This document shows positions 14,242 through 27,900 of a stretch of DNA of 64,000 nt, in pieces. The position numbers were made by a program, and so were the translations under genes. A model generated the notes under the pieces. The model saw nothing but the letters and a program-made list of their open reading frames with translations. It searched no databases and was not told the DNA's origin. The stretch is from Balanoglossus misakiensis (lineage: Eukaryota > Animalia > Hemichordata), in assembly GCA_040954595.2 (NCBI GenBank), contig CM082583.2, positions 1,870,925 through 1,934,924 on the forward strand. Reading direction: 5' to 3'. Position 1 is the first letter of the stretch, and each line of letters begins with the position of its first letter.

Positions 14242-14262
14242 TATCTGGTTGAATAAAGATTC
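13193..14262 (+). mobile_element. 5'-truncated CR1/L2-group LINE (LINE B) inserted in LINE A
   Basis: ORF2 C-terminus WCNANK..INVNKTNFM..YLGISID..LTW..ISPKIGVLSRIRHF..YCLEIWG..LQKKAVRLI..WNSLP with one in-frame stop; (TTTA)n and AATAAA in the 3' UTR; atattttg duplicated at 13185-13192 and 14263-14270. Confidence 0.8.
14112..14241. repeat. (TTTA)n microsatellite
   Basis: About 30 nearly perfect TTTA units. Confidence 0.95.
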
Positions 14263-14662
14263 ATATTTTGTTTGAAATAATATTATTGAGAAGTGTAAAG
14301 CCGTATCTCATTAGATTATTGTCATATTTATATACATATCAAGACTTCGATATCAAAATGGAAATGGATGCTTCTCGGGGGCGTTTCATTCAACGAATAG
14401 AGTCAAACAGGGAGGCATAACATCGCCAATTCTTTTAACAGTTTATTTAGATAATCTTAGCAGGTCTCTCTCTAGACTCTCTCACAGCCCCTCAGGCCGT
14501 CCATGCAGGCTTATGGTAATGAATGCTTAATGCTTTTTAATGACAGGAAAACAGTATGTATGTTAATACAGCCTAATGTAAGGAAGCTGCGACAGGTTCC
14601 TATTTATCTCAATAATAGAATGCTCACTTACGTTAATGAATATAACTATCTGGGGCACTTAA

Positions 14663-15442
14663 GATGGGTCCCCCGGATCTTTTTGCCCGTTGCTATAGGC
14701 CTTTATAGGACACTACACTCACTACTTTACTACTTTTGATCGCAACCGTTATGAACGTCCGACAAGGGGCTTGTAACTAGTTAAAAATACGCACGATTGT
14801 GTGCACATCCCCTGTCCGAGTATGTTTACGGCAGCTACCGCCCGGTCATAGGCCGCCACGCTAATACGGCAAAGCAGCGGTCAGTGATAGCGTGCGCGTC
14901 CTGTAACCACAGTAACTGGATCGAACGCTAAAAATCCAATGTTTTGTACACAGAGATTTTGTACCGTTCACGAAAATCCCTAAGGCTTTTTTCACAGGCG
15001 ACGTAGGCCAGCCAAATTTGACCTGTTTGTTGAGAACGCACTTCCGCACAGTGTGACGGATCGTTTTTTCGGTTTTCGTCGTGCTAAGAAGCGATACCGG
15101 TGGAAGAGTGCGTCCAAAAACACCCAAAATCGATGACTTTTTCAGGTGTGGTACGGGTATACTGAAATCGTAGGATACAACGACAATATTCGAAAACAAA
15201 ATCCGTCACGATCTTCCCTGGTTCAAGCAACTAATGAATACGTATCAAGTTCGTTTTTGAGGTCACGGAATAAAAAGCCTTAGGCTTTTGAAATTTGAAG
15301 TAGCTAATTTGCATATCAATGGCGTCAGGGGGCGCGCGCTCACAATCGTGCAGATTTTCAGTTACCAGCCCCTTGGTAGACTCGGGGTGTAATGTCCTAC
15401 AAAGGCCCATAGCAACGGGCAAACAGATCCGGGGGACCCATC
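14663..15442 (-). mobile_element. Non-autonomous TTAA-targeting DNA transposon (Kolobok-like), copy 1
   Basis: TIRs gatgggtcccccggatc..tttgcccgttgctat..gccttt; TTAA on both sides; near-identical inverted copy at 31454-32249. Confidence 0.88.
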
Positions 15443-17120
15443 TTAATTACGTCGGACCTTAAGGACAATGAAGCTATTTTGGCTTAGACACGCCTTTTTT
15501 ATGCGAGATGAAATACTATTATTAGAGACTTTAAATTTGCGTCACTTTCCGTTAAAACTAATTTCTTCTCGTCTTTTTGTGATGTCCCGTACTGCTCCTA
15601 TCTTTGGTCAAACTTTTCTGTGTATATGTTTAATACAACGAAAAAGGCTTTTTATCAGGTTTATCGTAAATTGTCAGGTATTAGTCAGTTCTTTTGTACA
15701 AAGTAATCCTCCTTCTGTTTGTGAATTCACCCCCTTTAACATTTGACAAAATTTTAAGAAAAACATGATGGGTTTTATCAGCAGATTGCCACTTGTAACG
15801 ACAGTTTTAAATATTTCAATTTCTTCACAAAGCAAATTATGGAAATGTCGGTGTAAATGGACTTTTTAACCACTGTTACTGTTATTGTTGTTTTTCCTTT
15901 TTATTATATGGATTTTATATCTGCAATAAACAATTTGAAGAATCAGGAATGATTGTACAGAAAATACACCTGTGTTTATTAAATTGATAAATTGTTTATA
16001 TAATTCTTTAATCCCCTTAACTGGTAATACTAATTAAATAATGAATTATATCAAAATAATAATTTTAATAATAATAGATCCGATTTACACGAAAATTCAC
16101 CATAGGGGTATCTTGGTTCAAAAAGAACAAAACTGATATCCATTTTGTGATGACATGTTTCTATGGCAACCATTATGGGGCTGAAACTAAAAATTGTTGT
16201 ACAAAATTCCATTAAAGCCTCAGTATTTCTCGTAGGGGCAAAATTGTGTTTGAAACGGCATCTATAATTTCTAAAAGTAGATGATAATTGATACTGAATC
16301 GAACAGTCATCATCCCCAGCTCTGCTGATAAACTCATACAATTTACAATATAACGAGTGAAGAATGAGTTTCTGTCCGGACAGAAAGTCACGTGAGTCAG
16401 GCTCCTGTTGACACACGGAATGCAACGTAATTACACTACTGCGCATGCGTACTCAAATGTACACAAGTATCAGCAAACAGCAACGGCGCGGCGTCCACGT
16501 CCGAGTCCATAGAGACTACGCGGAAGGGGTTTGGTCGCCCCAAATCTAGCGACTTAGCGAAGAAACGCGCAATTAGGGACGAGGTCATTTTCAAATAGGC
16601 GATACCACGCGAGGTTACCCCCCCCCCCTCGCCCTACCCTGGCAGTACAGATGGGAAAGCGATCAGCAGCGTTTAATGAGTTCGCATGCGTAATGTATCC
16701 CACTGAGATACCACACTGATTAGCACCTCGTTAGTGTACTGTTGTTTTATGTTGAAGGCTTTCTGATTTTGCTGACAGTCTTCTGCATGTACTCTTATGG
16801 GTGACAGGAGAGAGAAAATTGTGCAAGGTTATCAATACATGTAATGTCTGTTTTGAACTTTCATGTCTGTTTTGGACTGAGAGCTGTTGAATGAGGGAGA
16901 GATCTCGCAGGAACGATCACGAGGTCGCGCAGACGAAATCCTTTCATTGCGTGAAGCAACGATCTCACAATAAAATTGCAACATGAGCTGAGTAGGCCTA
17001 AGCGTCCTTTCCCGCCTACGCATGCCACAAGTGAATTTGAGAAAACTTGTTCCCCATGTATAAAATCTATATTCAACTGTTGTCTGGCTAGGGGTCCCAT
17101 CTTGAACGCCACCTTATGAG

Positions 17121-17170
17121 TAGTCTAGAATCTATCCGTTCGCGACTACGAACGGATACATTCTAGACTA
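17121..17170. mobile_element. 50-bp hairpin mini-MITE with perfect 9-bp TSD
   Basis: tagtctagaatctatccgttcg / cgaacggatacattctagacta, flanked by ccttatgag at 17112-17120 and 17171-17179. Confidence 0.85.
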
Positions 17171-20100
17171 CCTTATGAGTGACCCTCTGACCTAAAGCAT
17201 GTTGTACAGGGAATAATGTCAACTCTGTCTTTTTAGTCTTATACAAGAAATTTGCAGTTGAAACTATATTAAAAGTTCAATTGGAGGGTTTTCAACAATA
17301 CTGAGAATTCTGGTACAGAGGTATTGGTTGGTTTCAGAAGCAATTGGAGTCATGGAAGTTCACTGCCTGCGCACCCGAGTCCGGTACAATATAGGCGTGA
17401 TATCACAGTGTAACTTATACTTCCCAAGAGCGTGACTGCTTGTATGTACTGTATCAAATTCAACGATAAACCAAGTTTGCTACAAGTGTGCTATAGGTCG
17501 TAAGGTCATAAACTGTGAACATTGATTATCTTGTACGCGTACACCCAAGCCGGCGAAAATGAAACGATTTTACCAAAAAAAAAAAAAAACAGGCCAGCGA
17601 TTTTCCTCTGTTTACAGGCGGAAATTTTTCGCTATACAGCCGGCTATTTTTCCGGCTTCCGACTATTTTCTACATCCCTGCTTTTAGCGAGGGCATGACC
17701 TTCTGTGGTCAGTATGGGATACTTGAGTGCGCGATTGCCTGCTTCTATAAATAACTAACATGATCTCTTACTCGGTCGCGCAAAAGGGGAAAAATAAGAC
17801 CATATTCTCGTGATTTTTTCTCTCTCAATTATTGGAGCCGTTCAGGCCATTTGCTACCGCAGGGTTACTGTTGGACTACAGGGCTGTTTAGACAATATAA
17901 TGGCACTAGTTCAAGGTGTGAACGACCCTGGTAATTAGTTGCTCATGAATATTCACGTCATATAACATGAGAGGAGGTATACATGTACTATGCGAATGCG
18001 AGGTCTGGGGAACCGCGCGCGGTACTGCCTACTTGAAAATTACACCTTCCCTAATTCGGCGAAATTCCGGGAAGATAAATATATAGGATGAAATCAGTTG
18101 ATGGAACCAGATCAAATCCGAAAATGGTCTGACATCAAATGTCGAAATGGCACGTTTGCTGATCGACCGTAAGAAAGTGACCAGAGCCCTGCGAGGTCCG
18201 TATTGTTTTGATCACGCGTAATCCCAAACATCTCGCGAGATTGATGCGTCATCGCTATAAGCGTTCTCGGTCACATGTACACCATTTCCAATGTAAACAA
18301 ACCCGCGCATCATATCAAGTGTTACGGCAATATTTTCGGCTTGCATGTAGCTACAATTGCCCAAACCTTTCTTACATCTTCATTATGTAGTATTCCATGA
18401 TGAATGTACGGGAAAAACGGGCTTTTTTCGATGATGAAAATGGATACACACGAGAAATACTAGGGCTTTAATAAGTAGTCATATCACTCCGAAATTTCGC
18501 CAAATATGTACCTAAGGTCAAAAACAAATAAATATGATTTTTGTTTTGATAACGCACATTTTGATTTCACTCGTTTAGGGGCTAAAATTATACATTTTTC
18601 CTAAATCCTAAAAACAGTCCATTGCAATGACAATTGTGCTAATAGAGGGTATCACAATAACATATGTTAGATTTGAACAAAAAAATCACACGCAGTATTT
18701 TTGGTCACAAAGAATACATTTGGGCTTTATTTTCCGAATGCACATTTATAAGTTGGTGAAATTTGACTTTTCGCTCAAGAAAGAGGAACTGCGCATGTGA
18801 AGAACACCTGGCAATGCAGACTGCCGATTCTCACAGTTTCACCACAAAAATCACAAGATATTTATAGTATCGCTGGGGAATCCAATCAATCGATTGTTCA
18901 TGCATACTTCCCTACTGTCGACCAGTTTTAAAACATCAGTCTATTGCATAAACGTTTACCGTATAGTTGTATGGTTATCGAAGGATGGCAGTTACAGAGG
19001 ACACACTCGTAGTCGTACACTGTTTGAGCATTGCCGGCGAGTCTGTGTTAAAGCTGCACAGTTGATGGCAAATACCATTTTGGGTATATTTGTATTTTGT
19101 GAAATAAACATCGATATACAAACCTTTAACATGAAAATAATTGCCCTACCCATGGACTCGGGTCAAATTTACTCATATAACGATATAAGCTTCACAGAAA
19201 AAGTCCGATGGTAAACAACATGTTTACATGAACCGCCGATACTACACGGAAACTGTGACGTCACAATCACGAGACCAGGCGCGATCTAGCGTGAATTGGA
19301 GACGTTCCTTCCGATGGGTTCTTGCCGATTGCCGCACGCCGGCGGGTATGAAAGTGTAGGCTAAGACGTCGATCCACCGGCCGGCAGCACCGCTCCAAAC
19401 ATGACCAGCTCCACGCCACTTTGAGCTGCACCGCGGTCGGATATCCCACCCCGGCTGCCGGACAGCATATGAAGGTGTCTGAGGCCTTTTCTAGTCAAAG
19501 TGTACACGTTTAAAACTTTGGGGTTTTCGGAATGGAAATAGCGGAACAAGAACATGGATTTATACTAATCATGAACGCCAAACAAACGTTGAAAAAGCCA
19601 GATCTGAAAAAAAAATCCGCTGGGCGCGATGACGCGCCGACGTTATTTTTCAAACAATGTAACCTGTCACGCTGAGTTCATATATTTTGCTGCCACAAAC
19701 AAGTTCATGCGTAGGTCGAGAAAGTTCTCAAGCGGCCGGGTGATCGCTGCAAGGTTAGCGGCGGCCTCGCACGCCCGAATTTGCCACAAAACTATCAGTC
19801 CATACAGCGATGCGGTTCAAACTCTTCCGTTGTATTTCATTTCAACAACACAAATACAGAATACAACACGGCAGTTTGGTACGTCGTCTCTATATCCTAC
19901 ACCGCTAATTCTCATCTCAATCGTCTCTCTTCGCAATACGTCGATTCTCTAAAAGAAAGTTCAACAGACGGGATACACTGCAACCCGCGGAACTAGCAAT
20001 TCACGTCTCTGCTTCAGAGGAATATACCAACCTGAAGTGGGGGAACCCAGTCCGTTCAAGCGTAAATGTCCCGGTCAGAAGGTAACTACGAGCTTCGTAG

Positions 20101-21454
20101 AGCAGCATTCGACACGCTAAACAACTCTCGTCGTTTGCAACACGCCATTTTTTTCCAAGTCCACGTTTTGTCGGACAAACGATTTCTGACGGTTCGACAG
20201 ACGGTGGGTATAGACACGTCTGCTTGCGAAAATTCCGCCAATTTTTGTTGAATTTCTTCGTATGAAATCGAAGGAGTTTGTCGTTTTAAATACTCGATAT
20301 ATTGTTCTTCATCATTAGGAAGTTTTCTTGGTTGTCAGTGCAAAACATCCTCATACAAGGTTCAGAGTAGACTACAGACAATCTCACAGTGGGATTACGA
20401 ACGTTTGAAACGGTTACTTTGTTGCAAAATAAACAAAGTGCGGTATTCAGTTTCACGAACTTATCATCTAAAAATTTACTGCGCAAGTGCACAAGTGACG
20501 TCACATTGTATGACGTAACGTTTACGTCGCAATATTTGTGTGTTTATAAAAATATATGGGTACGTACCCATAAAATTTATTTTTATTAGTTTTTTACATT
20601 CTGAACCATGGCAACTGACCAAATCACTCGTGAGTTATTTTATTTCGGCAAGTAAAGTATTATACAAACAAAAGTTAAGAGTTTTATGCTACCAAAGTAA
20701 ATTGTCATTATCATCAACTGTGCAGCTTTAAATTTTGGCAGTTCCGCGTGTCATTAACACTAAATAGACAACTAGCAGAAAAGTCTACAAACCTCTTAAT
20801 TTCTGGAAATGTTTTATTTGGTATGGTTATGAAATAATTTTCGTTTATGAAGAATCAAATCTCAGCGACGCACGATAGCTTCTGATGAATGCGTAGACCC
20901 GTCAGCTGACACGCAAATAAAGTCACAATAGAAATATCAACATTGAAAACGGAACCGCGAGATGCCTCGTGTGTGTGTCCTGTCAGCTCATCTGAGAAAA
21001 TAATAAAATTCCCGGGAAATAATAACACGAAATCCAAAGTAACGTGATAACAATTCTTCATTCCTCCGATTCTATTTGACTGCCGTGTATGTAATATCGT
21101 GTCTGTTTGGACCGACACAAACTAGCATAACTCAGAGGTAAATATTTCGATTAAAAACAATGATTTTAACACTAACCTTCCTGTTCCACGAAATCTGCGG
21201 ATTTTATGGCACTGAAATCTCACGATATGTGCAATTCTAAAGCCAACTGGGGTATTATTCCTGTCGTTTTAGCCACGAAAACTGAGCAGACGACACGACG
21301 CGAAACAGCTCGTTCAAACTCAGTTGACATCGCGTGATTTCAGAGCGCGCGCATACATACGAAAATTTGCTACAATGTTGTACGTAAATAAACTCGGTCT
21401 CCAACTCGCGTTGGGTTTCGAGCGAAGTTTTGTACCTCAGATCTGTCGTAATAT

Positions 21455-21648
21455 ACACCATTTATTTATCTCTACCATTTATTGATTTTGGCGAGATTTT
21501 TACTCTCATATCATACAAACAGCTGTGTGTGGTCGAACGTTGATTAACTACATATCCACATGTAGAATAACACTAACCGGTGTCTTGTATCAAACATAAT
21601 TAATGGGAAGGGGGCAGCGAGACTTGAAGAGAGACTTTGTCCCTTTAA
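21455..21648. mobile_element. Half copy of the 6418-6761 TTAA MITE family
   Basis: ttttggcgagattttactctc..atccacatgtagaataa..gtgtcttgtatcaaacataattaatgg..ctttgtccctttaa. Confidence 0.65.
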
Positions 21649-23189
21649 GCCTCTTACCGAAACCCGGGCAATATATTTGTTGTATTTGAGCAGACAGTCG
21701 GCTCGCATTTTTTTTCACATTTTATCATATTTTAAGGTGACTTCGCCTGTAAAGTGGGTAAACTGATCTACAGGTTGAGGGCGCTGGGCGACGTTCTCAT
21801 CTTGTCTCATAGGGACAGATATTCAGAAAAAAAGACAAACGTCCAAACCTTTCAAGTTTTTGCTATTGTGAAGTGTGCAGGGTGTCCGTTTGATAACTAC
21901 TTTAATATTTCTTCTTAGAGTTACCACAGAATGACGGCCATTTTGTATTTTAAATTTACGACAATTTTGTCCTTAAGTTAAACTTTTGCACACTGACCCA
22001 TTGTTATCCTCCATTTTAAGCGAGAGAATGATCTAAAGTTGTCCTCAGAGAGAAGAAAAACATAAAATATAAAAAGTTCGCAAAGGCATTATTTTGTGAT
22101 AAAGTGTAAAAAGGGGATCGCGCCGAGGTCATAACACGCACCCCAGTTAAATAGGACAGGCATAACAACTTTCATATCACAAATGAGAACTGTTTACTTT
22201 GCGTAATCCGGCTTGAAACTGAAAATGCACGCAACTGAAAGAAATTCGTTAAATGTAATGCAACAGCGTTTTCTTATTACAATATGATGAATAAGTTCTT
22301 GTCTTATGATAAACAAACCGCCCTCGTCTGTCCCAGCTGCGTTTTGTATGTGCTGGGGTATACATATATATAGACTTGCCCCAAGTAAATAAGTAAAATA
22401 CATTCCAGAAATTTTGTTCCGAGTCTCTATGGGTGTGTGGAGTTAACGCGTAAGTGGGTGGCAATTACCGAAACTGGCAGCTCTCATACCGAAACTCGCA
22501 CAAAGCAATCAAACACACGAAAGGTAATGAGTAAAAATCTTCAGGAAAACAGTTAAGTAAGCTAGTCTAGGGTATATAATGCCCCCTGACATGCAAGTAT
22601 AAAACCGTTTTCTTATTACAATGCATGTATGATGAATAAAATTATTCTTAAAAGCGAACCGCCGTCTGTCCCATCTGCGTTCTGTATGTGTTGGTGTATA
22701 TAGAGCCCCCTCAAGCGGTGAGCTGACATGTGCATATGTTTTATAGGTGTATGGCTGGGACCTCTGTATACTCGTTACATGTGTTGAAGTGAAGGTCAAC
22801 ATACATGTATGAAAGATTGCAAATGTGCCGCCTGAGGGCGTATTTTATGCCAAAAAATTACTGTACACGTGGGTCTATGTTATTAACAACAACGCAAGCA
22901 CATGTAATAAACACACCACGTCACGTGAGTAGCATCCGGGACATGACCTCAGACTGAACCCAGAGTGCTTTTGCTTTTCATAAACAGGGTATGTTTATTT
23001 GCATACGTGTTCTCGTTTGGCGCCAGGTGTCAATGACCGCCGCTCCTGACAGCGCTTTTCAAAACACACTTATGAAACTCAGCCCAGGCGTGATACAAGG
23101 GAAGACGATAGCAGTATACCGAGCATGGGGTCTGAGTACGAGCACACTTGACGCTTGGGTTAAAACGAACAGGGCGAAACCACGTCATT

Positions 23190-23857
23190 GAGCGCCTTTC
23201 ATTAAAAGAGAAAAATTGCATAATTGTTGGAGATTTCAACATTAATGCGTTTCCCACTTCATTGCTCTCTCCGAAACACAGTAAATATTGCACTTATATG
23301 TTTATGTATGTTTTTTTTAAAAATAGCAATCTTCCCCATAAAACTGAAGACTACTTCACAATTTCAAACGACTCCTACTCAACACGTCTGACACAGGCTG
23401 AGAATTGTTGTATACCAAGCTCAAACTTGACAATTTCACAACAATATTTTAGGTATGCAGCTACAAAACACTGGAATTTCCTACCTGGCTATCTCAATTT
23501 TTTTATCAAACAGACAAGCTTTTAAGTCTTCACTGAAATATTATTTCCTGAATTTACATTAATACGTTGCATGCTCCCATCCTCCATCACACTCAAGTCT
23601 TTTCTGGAAAATCACTAATGTGTTCAGCGCCGACTCTAGTCGCATTCGACTATTTTCATGGTCCCCACGAGATCGTACATGTACACTTGGCAATATTGTT
23701 CCCATCCTGTTTTCTTATTTGACTTTGTACAACTTCAGCAATACCCTTTCTTTAATTTGTCACTGTGAAGCATCTGGTGAAATAAAGTGTTCATTCATTC
23801 ATTCATTCATTCATTCATTCATTCATTCATTCATTCATTCATTCATTCATTCATTCT
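23190..23857 (+). mobile_element. Internally deleted L2/CR1-group LINE remnant with (CATT)n tail
   Basis: Endonuclease motif CIIVGDFNIN joined within about 100 bp to an ORF2 3' end (YSTR..FRYAATKHWNFLP) similar to LINE B; AATAAA then (ATTC)n at 23790-23856. Confidence 0.7.
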
Positions 23858-24971
23858 TTCAAGGGAAAGGATATTTTCAACGCAAAAATCCCGGGTTTTC
23901 CCCTTTTCCCCACCGCCGTGTTTATATGATCAGTGCATCGCAATCAAGCAATGACGTAAACACGTCACAGCAGTTACGATACTTTCTATCCTCAAGGACA
24001 CTTCTGATCGCCCGAACGACAACTGCCCGGTAAAAGTGTATCCGGGATCTGTCCTTAGAATGACCCCAACCGACAGTTCACAACGTGACCTTCGCTATAT
24101 ACATCAGCATAGCATTTATACATGTACATGTATGCTATGACACGTTAACATACTGTACGCATTCAGCAGTATTCATGCAGACATACCGATACTTGATAAG
24201 GTGGGGGGGGGGGGGGTAACAAGACGTCGGGTACATATGATAAATGCACATAACATGATAAATTTTCAGACATTGGTCACCATTATTTCGTCAGCTGGCA
24301 CTACGAGATGAATGCTCAGAGAAAGAAATTAAAAGGGGAATTCCCCGCATATGAACTCTGAATAACCCCAGTGAATCAGAGGCTGTTGACTACTAACGAT
24401 TGACAGCTAAAACACGGCTTAGTGTTATTCCGAGGGTAAGTTCACTGAGATGCAAAATTGTAATAAAGACGAATGCGCAAAATATTTCCGTATTTGCCTA
24501 CAAGGCAGTTGTGTGTTTTTAATTTTTTTCCGCAAATAATGATTGCATTATTATTTGGACCCAGTGGCGAGTTCGCACACCATTTAATTTCAGTTACCGT
24601 GATATTGTTGAATTAGATATATTTCTTACTTTATTAAAATGTAACAAAACTGATACCCATCAACATATTACATGTTTGCTAATAAGGATATTCGTATTTT
24701 TAAAAAATGAACAAATTCGCCACTAACATCGAAAGACATCTTTGGGTAGATTGAATGATGAATAAGGTATTTATAGTTGTACTGCGATGAAAACAATACT
24801 CTTGTTTTTCATTCCTTTTAGTTACACACATCACCACGCTGAGTTTGCGCGGTGAGGTTTTATGAGTCACGCGAAGCCTCGGCAGAAAACAGAACACGGA
24901 ACGCGCGCACACCCGCACAAAGACGCGACTGCGGCAGCGTACTATAGTCTATGCAATCAACCGGGTGTGAC

Positions 24972-27900
24972 ATGGCGCTATATGAAATCGTCGAGCGGGT
25001 CTTGAGCGGCGCGTTTAAAAAGTATGGACGGTTCCTCTCGCGTTGTCCGTGGCTAGTCTTGTTCGTTGCATTTTTCTTGACCGGAGTGTTGGGTTTGGGG
25101 CTTTTGTTTACGGAGTCGGAAACCAACCTCGAGTACCTGTACACGCCGGAGAACAGCCGGGCCGTGCAAGACCGACGCCGGGTGGCGGCTTTGTTTCCCG
25201 ATGCAAGCGGCTCTGACTTCTACCCTCATCAATCAGCGTCTCTCGGTGTGTACGGAGATGTGATTTTTCTTGGTCGAAGAAGAGGGCAGAACGTTTTAAC
25301 CAGCGAAGTACTCAGTCAATCTCTGGTGGTTGACGAGTACGTAGCTAACATATCGCTCATAGTAGACAATACAGAATACAGTTATTACAACGTCTGTGCC
25401 AGGCGATCCGGTTCGTGCTACGTAAGCGGTATACATAGCCTACTCAACGGTACCGATGTGAGCACTTTCCTACAAAAGCAACTCACTTACCCCGTTGTTG
25501 AAATTGGTGCCGAGTCGGTATACCTACCAGCTATTTTGGGCGGCGTAACAGTCAGCGGAAAGTCAACTGTACAGTCTGCCGAAGCGTTCCGTGTGCGTTA
25601 CTATCTCCGAACTGATGGAGAATACAAAGACATCAGTCTGTTGTGGGAGAAGGAATTTCTGGCGAGGTTGTCTGAATGGAACGGCACGTCCATCCAGATC
25701 GCGTACTCCACCTCCGAGAGTTTGAGCAGCGAGCTGAATTCGGGACTGTCGGGCGACATCGTCCGGTTTTCCATCACGTTCGCTCTGATGATCACCTACG
25801 CAACGCTGGTGTGTGGCACAGGGAACTGCATCACCACCAGGAGTTGGCTGGCTTGCACGGGAGTCATCGCCGCTGCTTTTGCGATCCTGGCGTCCTACGG
25901 GTTCTGTTCCTACATTGGCGTGAAGAAGGTCAGCGTGGTCGATATCATGCCATTCCTTATCGTAGGTAGGTTTCCCGATATTATTGTAAAATGATTAGGC
26001 AAACCCTGCATTCTTTCTTGTAGTTTCGATATCAAACATTTGCATAATCCACCTTTAACACATACAGTTCACATGTGACTGAAATTTCCTCCTTTCACGT
26101 CATAAGACAACGTATCACGGCTTCATAGTATATTTGGTCAGAATTATTGGTAATATGTCACAAAACACAACGAGCATATTAATGTTAAAATCCTGCGAAG
26201 AAGAAATGAACGAGTGCGTGTTTAGTTCACAGAACAACCCAGCCATCAGAGAGGTCGCTAAGGTTCCCGGATGTTTGGGTCCGATCTTACACGCAGAATC
26301 AGAAAGGCTGGTTTTAGTGAAAAGGGAAAGTAATGATAACATGTTGTAATAACATTCACAATTCATAAATATTTGTAACAGAAATGAAAACAATACTTGT
26401 ATCGTAGTGTCAAAAGCTTATATAAATAGTTGTAGACGCAGCACCCTTTTTAGACTGCAATATACATCTATACCATCCGTATGAGTGTTTGGGTTTCAAC
26501 GTTCTGTACAATATATTATAACCATGGAATTGAAAAAGATTTCTCCATGCCTACTACGTACTTGCTCCTTGCGAGGAATATAGTTTTATCAGCGCCCTTC
26601 CTCCCCCCCTCTCCCCCTCCCCCTCCCTTCTTTGGTTGATTGCTTCCTTCCTTCCCTTGTTATTTTATGTATTTTTGCGGCGTGGAAAATTGAATCCTAC
26701 TTTCTTCTCACTCTTCCATTTTTCTCTCTCCATGCTAATGATTACAGGAATCGGAATTGATGACATGTTTCTGTTAATGTCTGGATGGCTTGAAACCAAA
26801 CCCTCGGACAAAGTTGCGGACAGAGTCAGCACTGCTTTGAGCATCTCTGCTGTCTCAATCACAATCACGTCGTTGACCGACCTTCTGGCGTTCACGATTG
26901 GAGCGACCAATGTTTTCCCGGCTGTCCGCAATTTCTGCATATACACTGGTAGGTGGCGTATTTGTTAAGGTAGCACGCGCCTCGGGGACAGATTTTCAGT
27001 AAAAAAATTATAGTCCTTCAAAGCGTTTAAGGACTGGTCAGTTTCTTCGGCTGGGGGCGGTGTATTCTATTTTGTGGATATCAAAAAGTGAATGAGCCCC
27101 CCACCTCATTGAACATGGGAAAAGTGAGTGATCCCCCATCACCCAATTCCAAAACAGAGTGCCCTCCCTATGTATTAACCCCCAGACCGAGGAAACTGAC
27201 AAATCCATTTTCATTGCTGTAATAACGTGTGTGAAGGTCTTCACCGTTTTGTTTTCACACATAAATTAATACACTATTCCCCCCTAGAATTAACACAGGT
27301 ATTGGCCACCATTTTGAATTTCTCAATGTCGCTTTCTCAAACGCAAGTTTGCATCGTGGCCCCTGCATGTACATGTACATGTATACTAACTGAGAGGTGC
27401 GTGCATGCGTGGATGAAATATTGTACCTTTAGTCCTAAGTCTGGAAAGTACTGGTATAGACTGGATATGATGACGTACATTTAGGCTAACCCAACAATTA
27501 ATGATTTTAGCAGCAAAACATGCAGAGCGCGGGCTTTCATCAGTTTTTTTCTTGTCTGCTATTTTCAGGCTTCGCAGTGATATGGTGTTATTTAATGCAG
27601 CTGACGGTCTTTGGGAGTTTCATGGTGTTCCACACGAGACGGGTGAAGGATGAGAAACACTGCTTCACGGGCGCAAAGATACCGGACGAGGAATCGTGCA
27701 AAGCACGCGGCAAAGTTTGGTACTGTAACTGGATTGTCTGGTGCCGGGGAATAGAATCAAAGAGTATAGAAAAAGACGAAGAAGACAGAAGCATTTTCGA
27801 GCGGTTTTCGGGGCCATTTGCATCATTCGTGAAACGTTGGCCTGTTAAAATAGCAGTTTTAGTTGTGTTTGCAGGATACTTGGGCGTTTCTATATGGGGT

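Larger units (their letters stand above)
13010..15935 (+). mobile_element. Degenerate non-LTR retrotransposon (LINE A) RT region, split by two later insertions
   Basis: Fragments 13010-13192 (QFGFKPNHST..FMDVSKAFD), 14263-14662 (VKQGGITSPILLTVYLDNLS..YNYLGH) and 15443-15935 (ending in AATAAA) are collinear RT pieces with frameshifts. Confidence 0.75.

Noticed and set aside
14861-15199. ORF MFSNIVVVSYDF.. also seen at 31723-32062
   Set aside because: It lies inside a non-autonomous transposon and is frameshifted in the second copy
17760-21300. CpG-richer stretch with many short ORFs
   Set aside because: No coherent exon chain or motif; probably old transposon remnants whose ends I could not define
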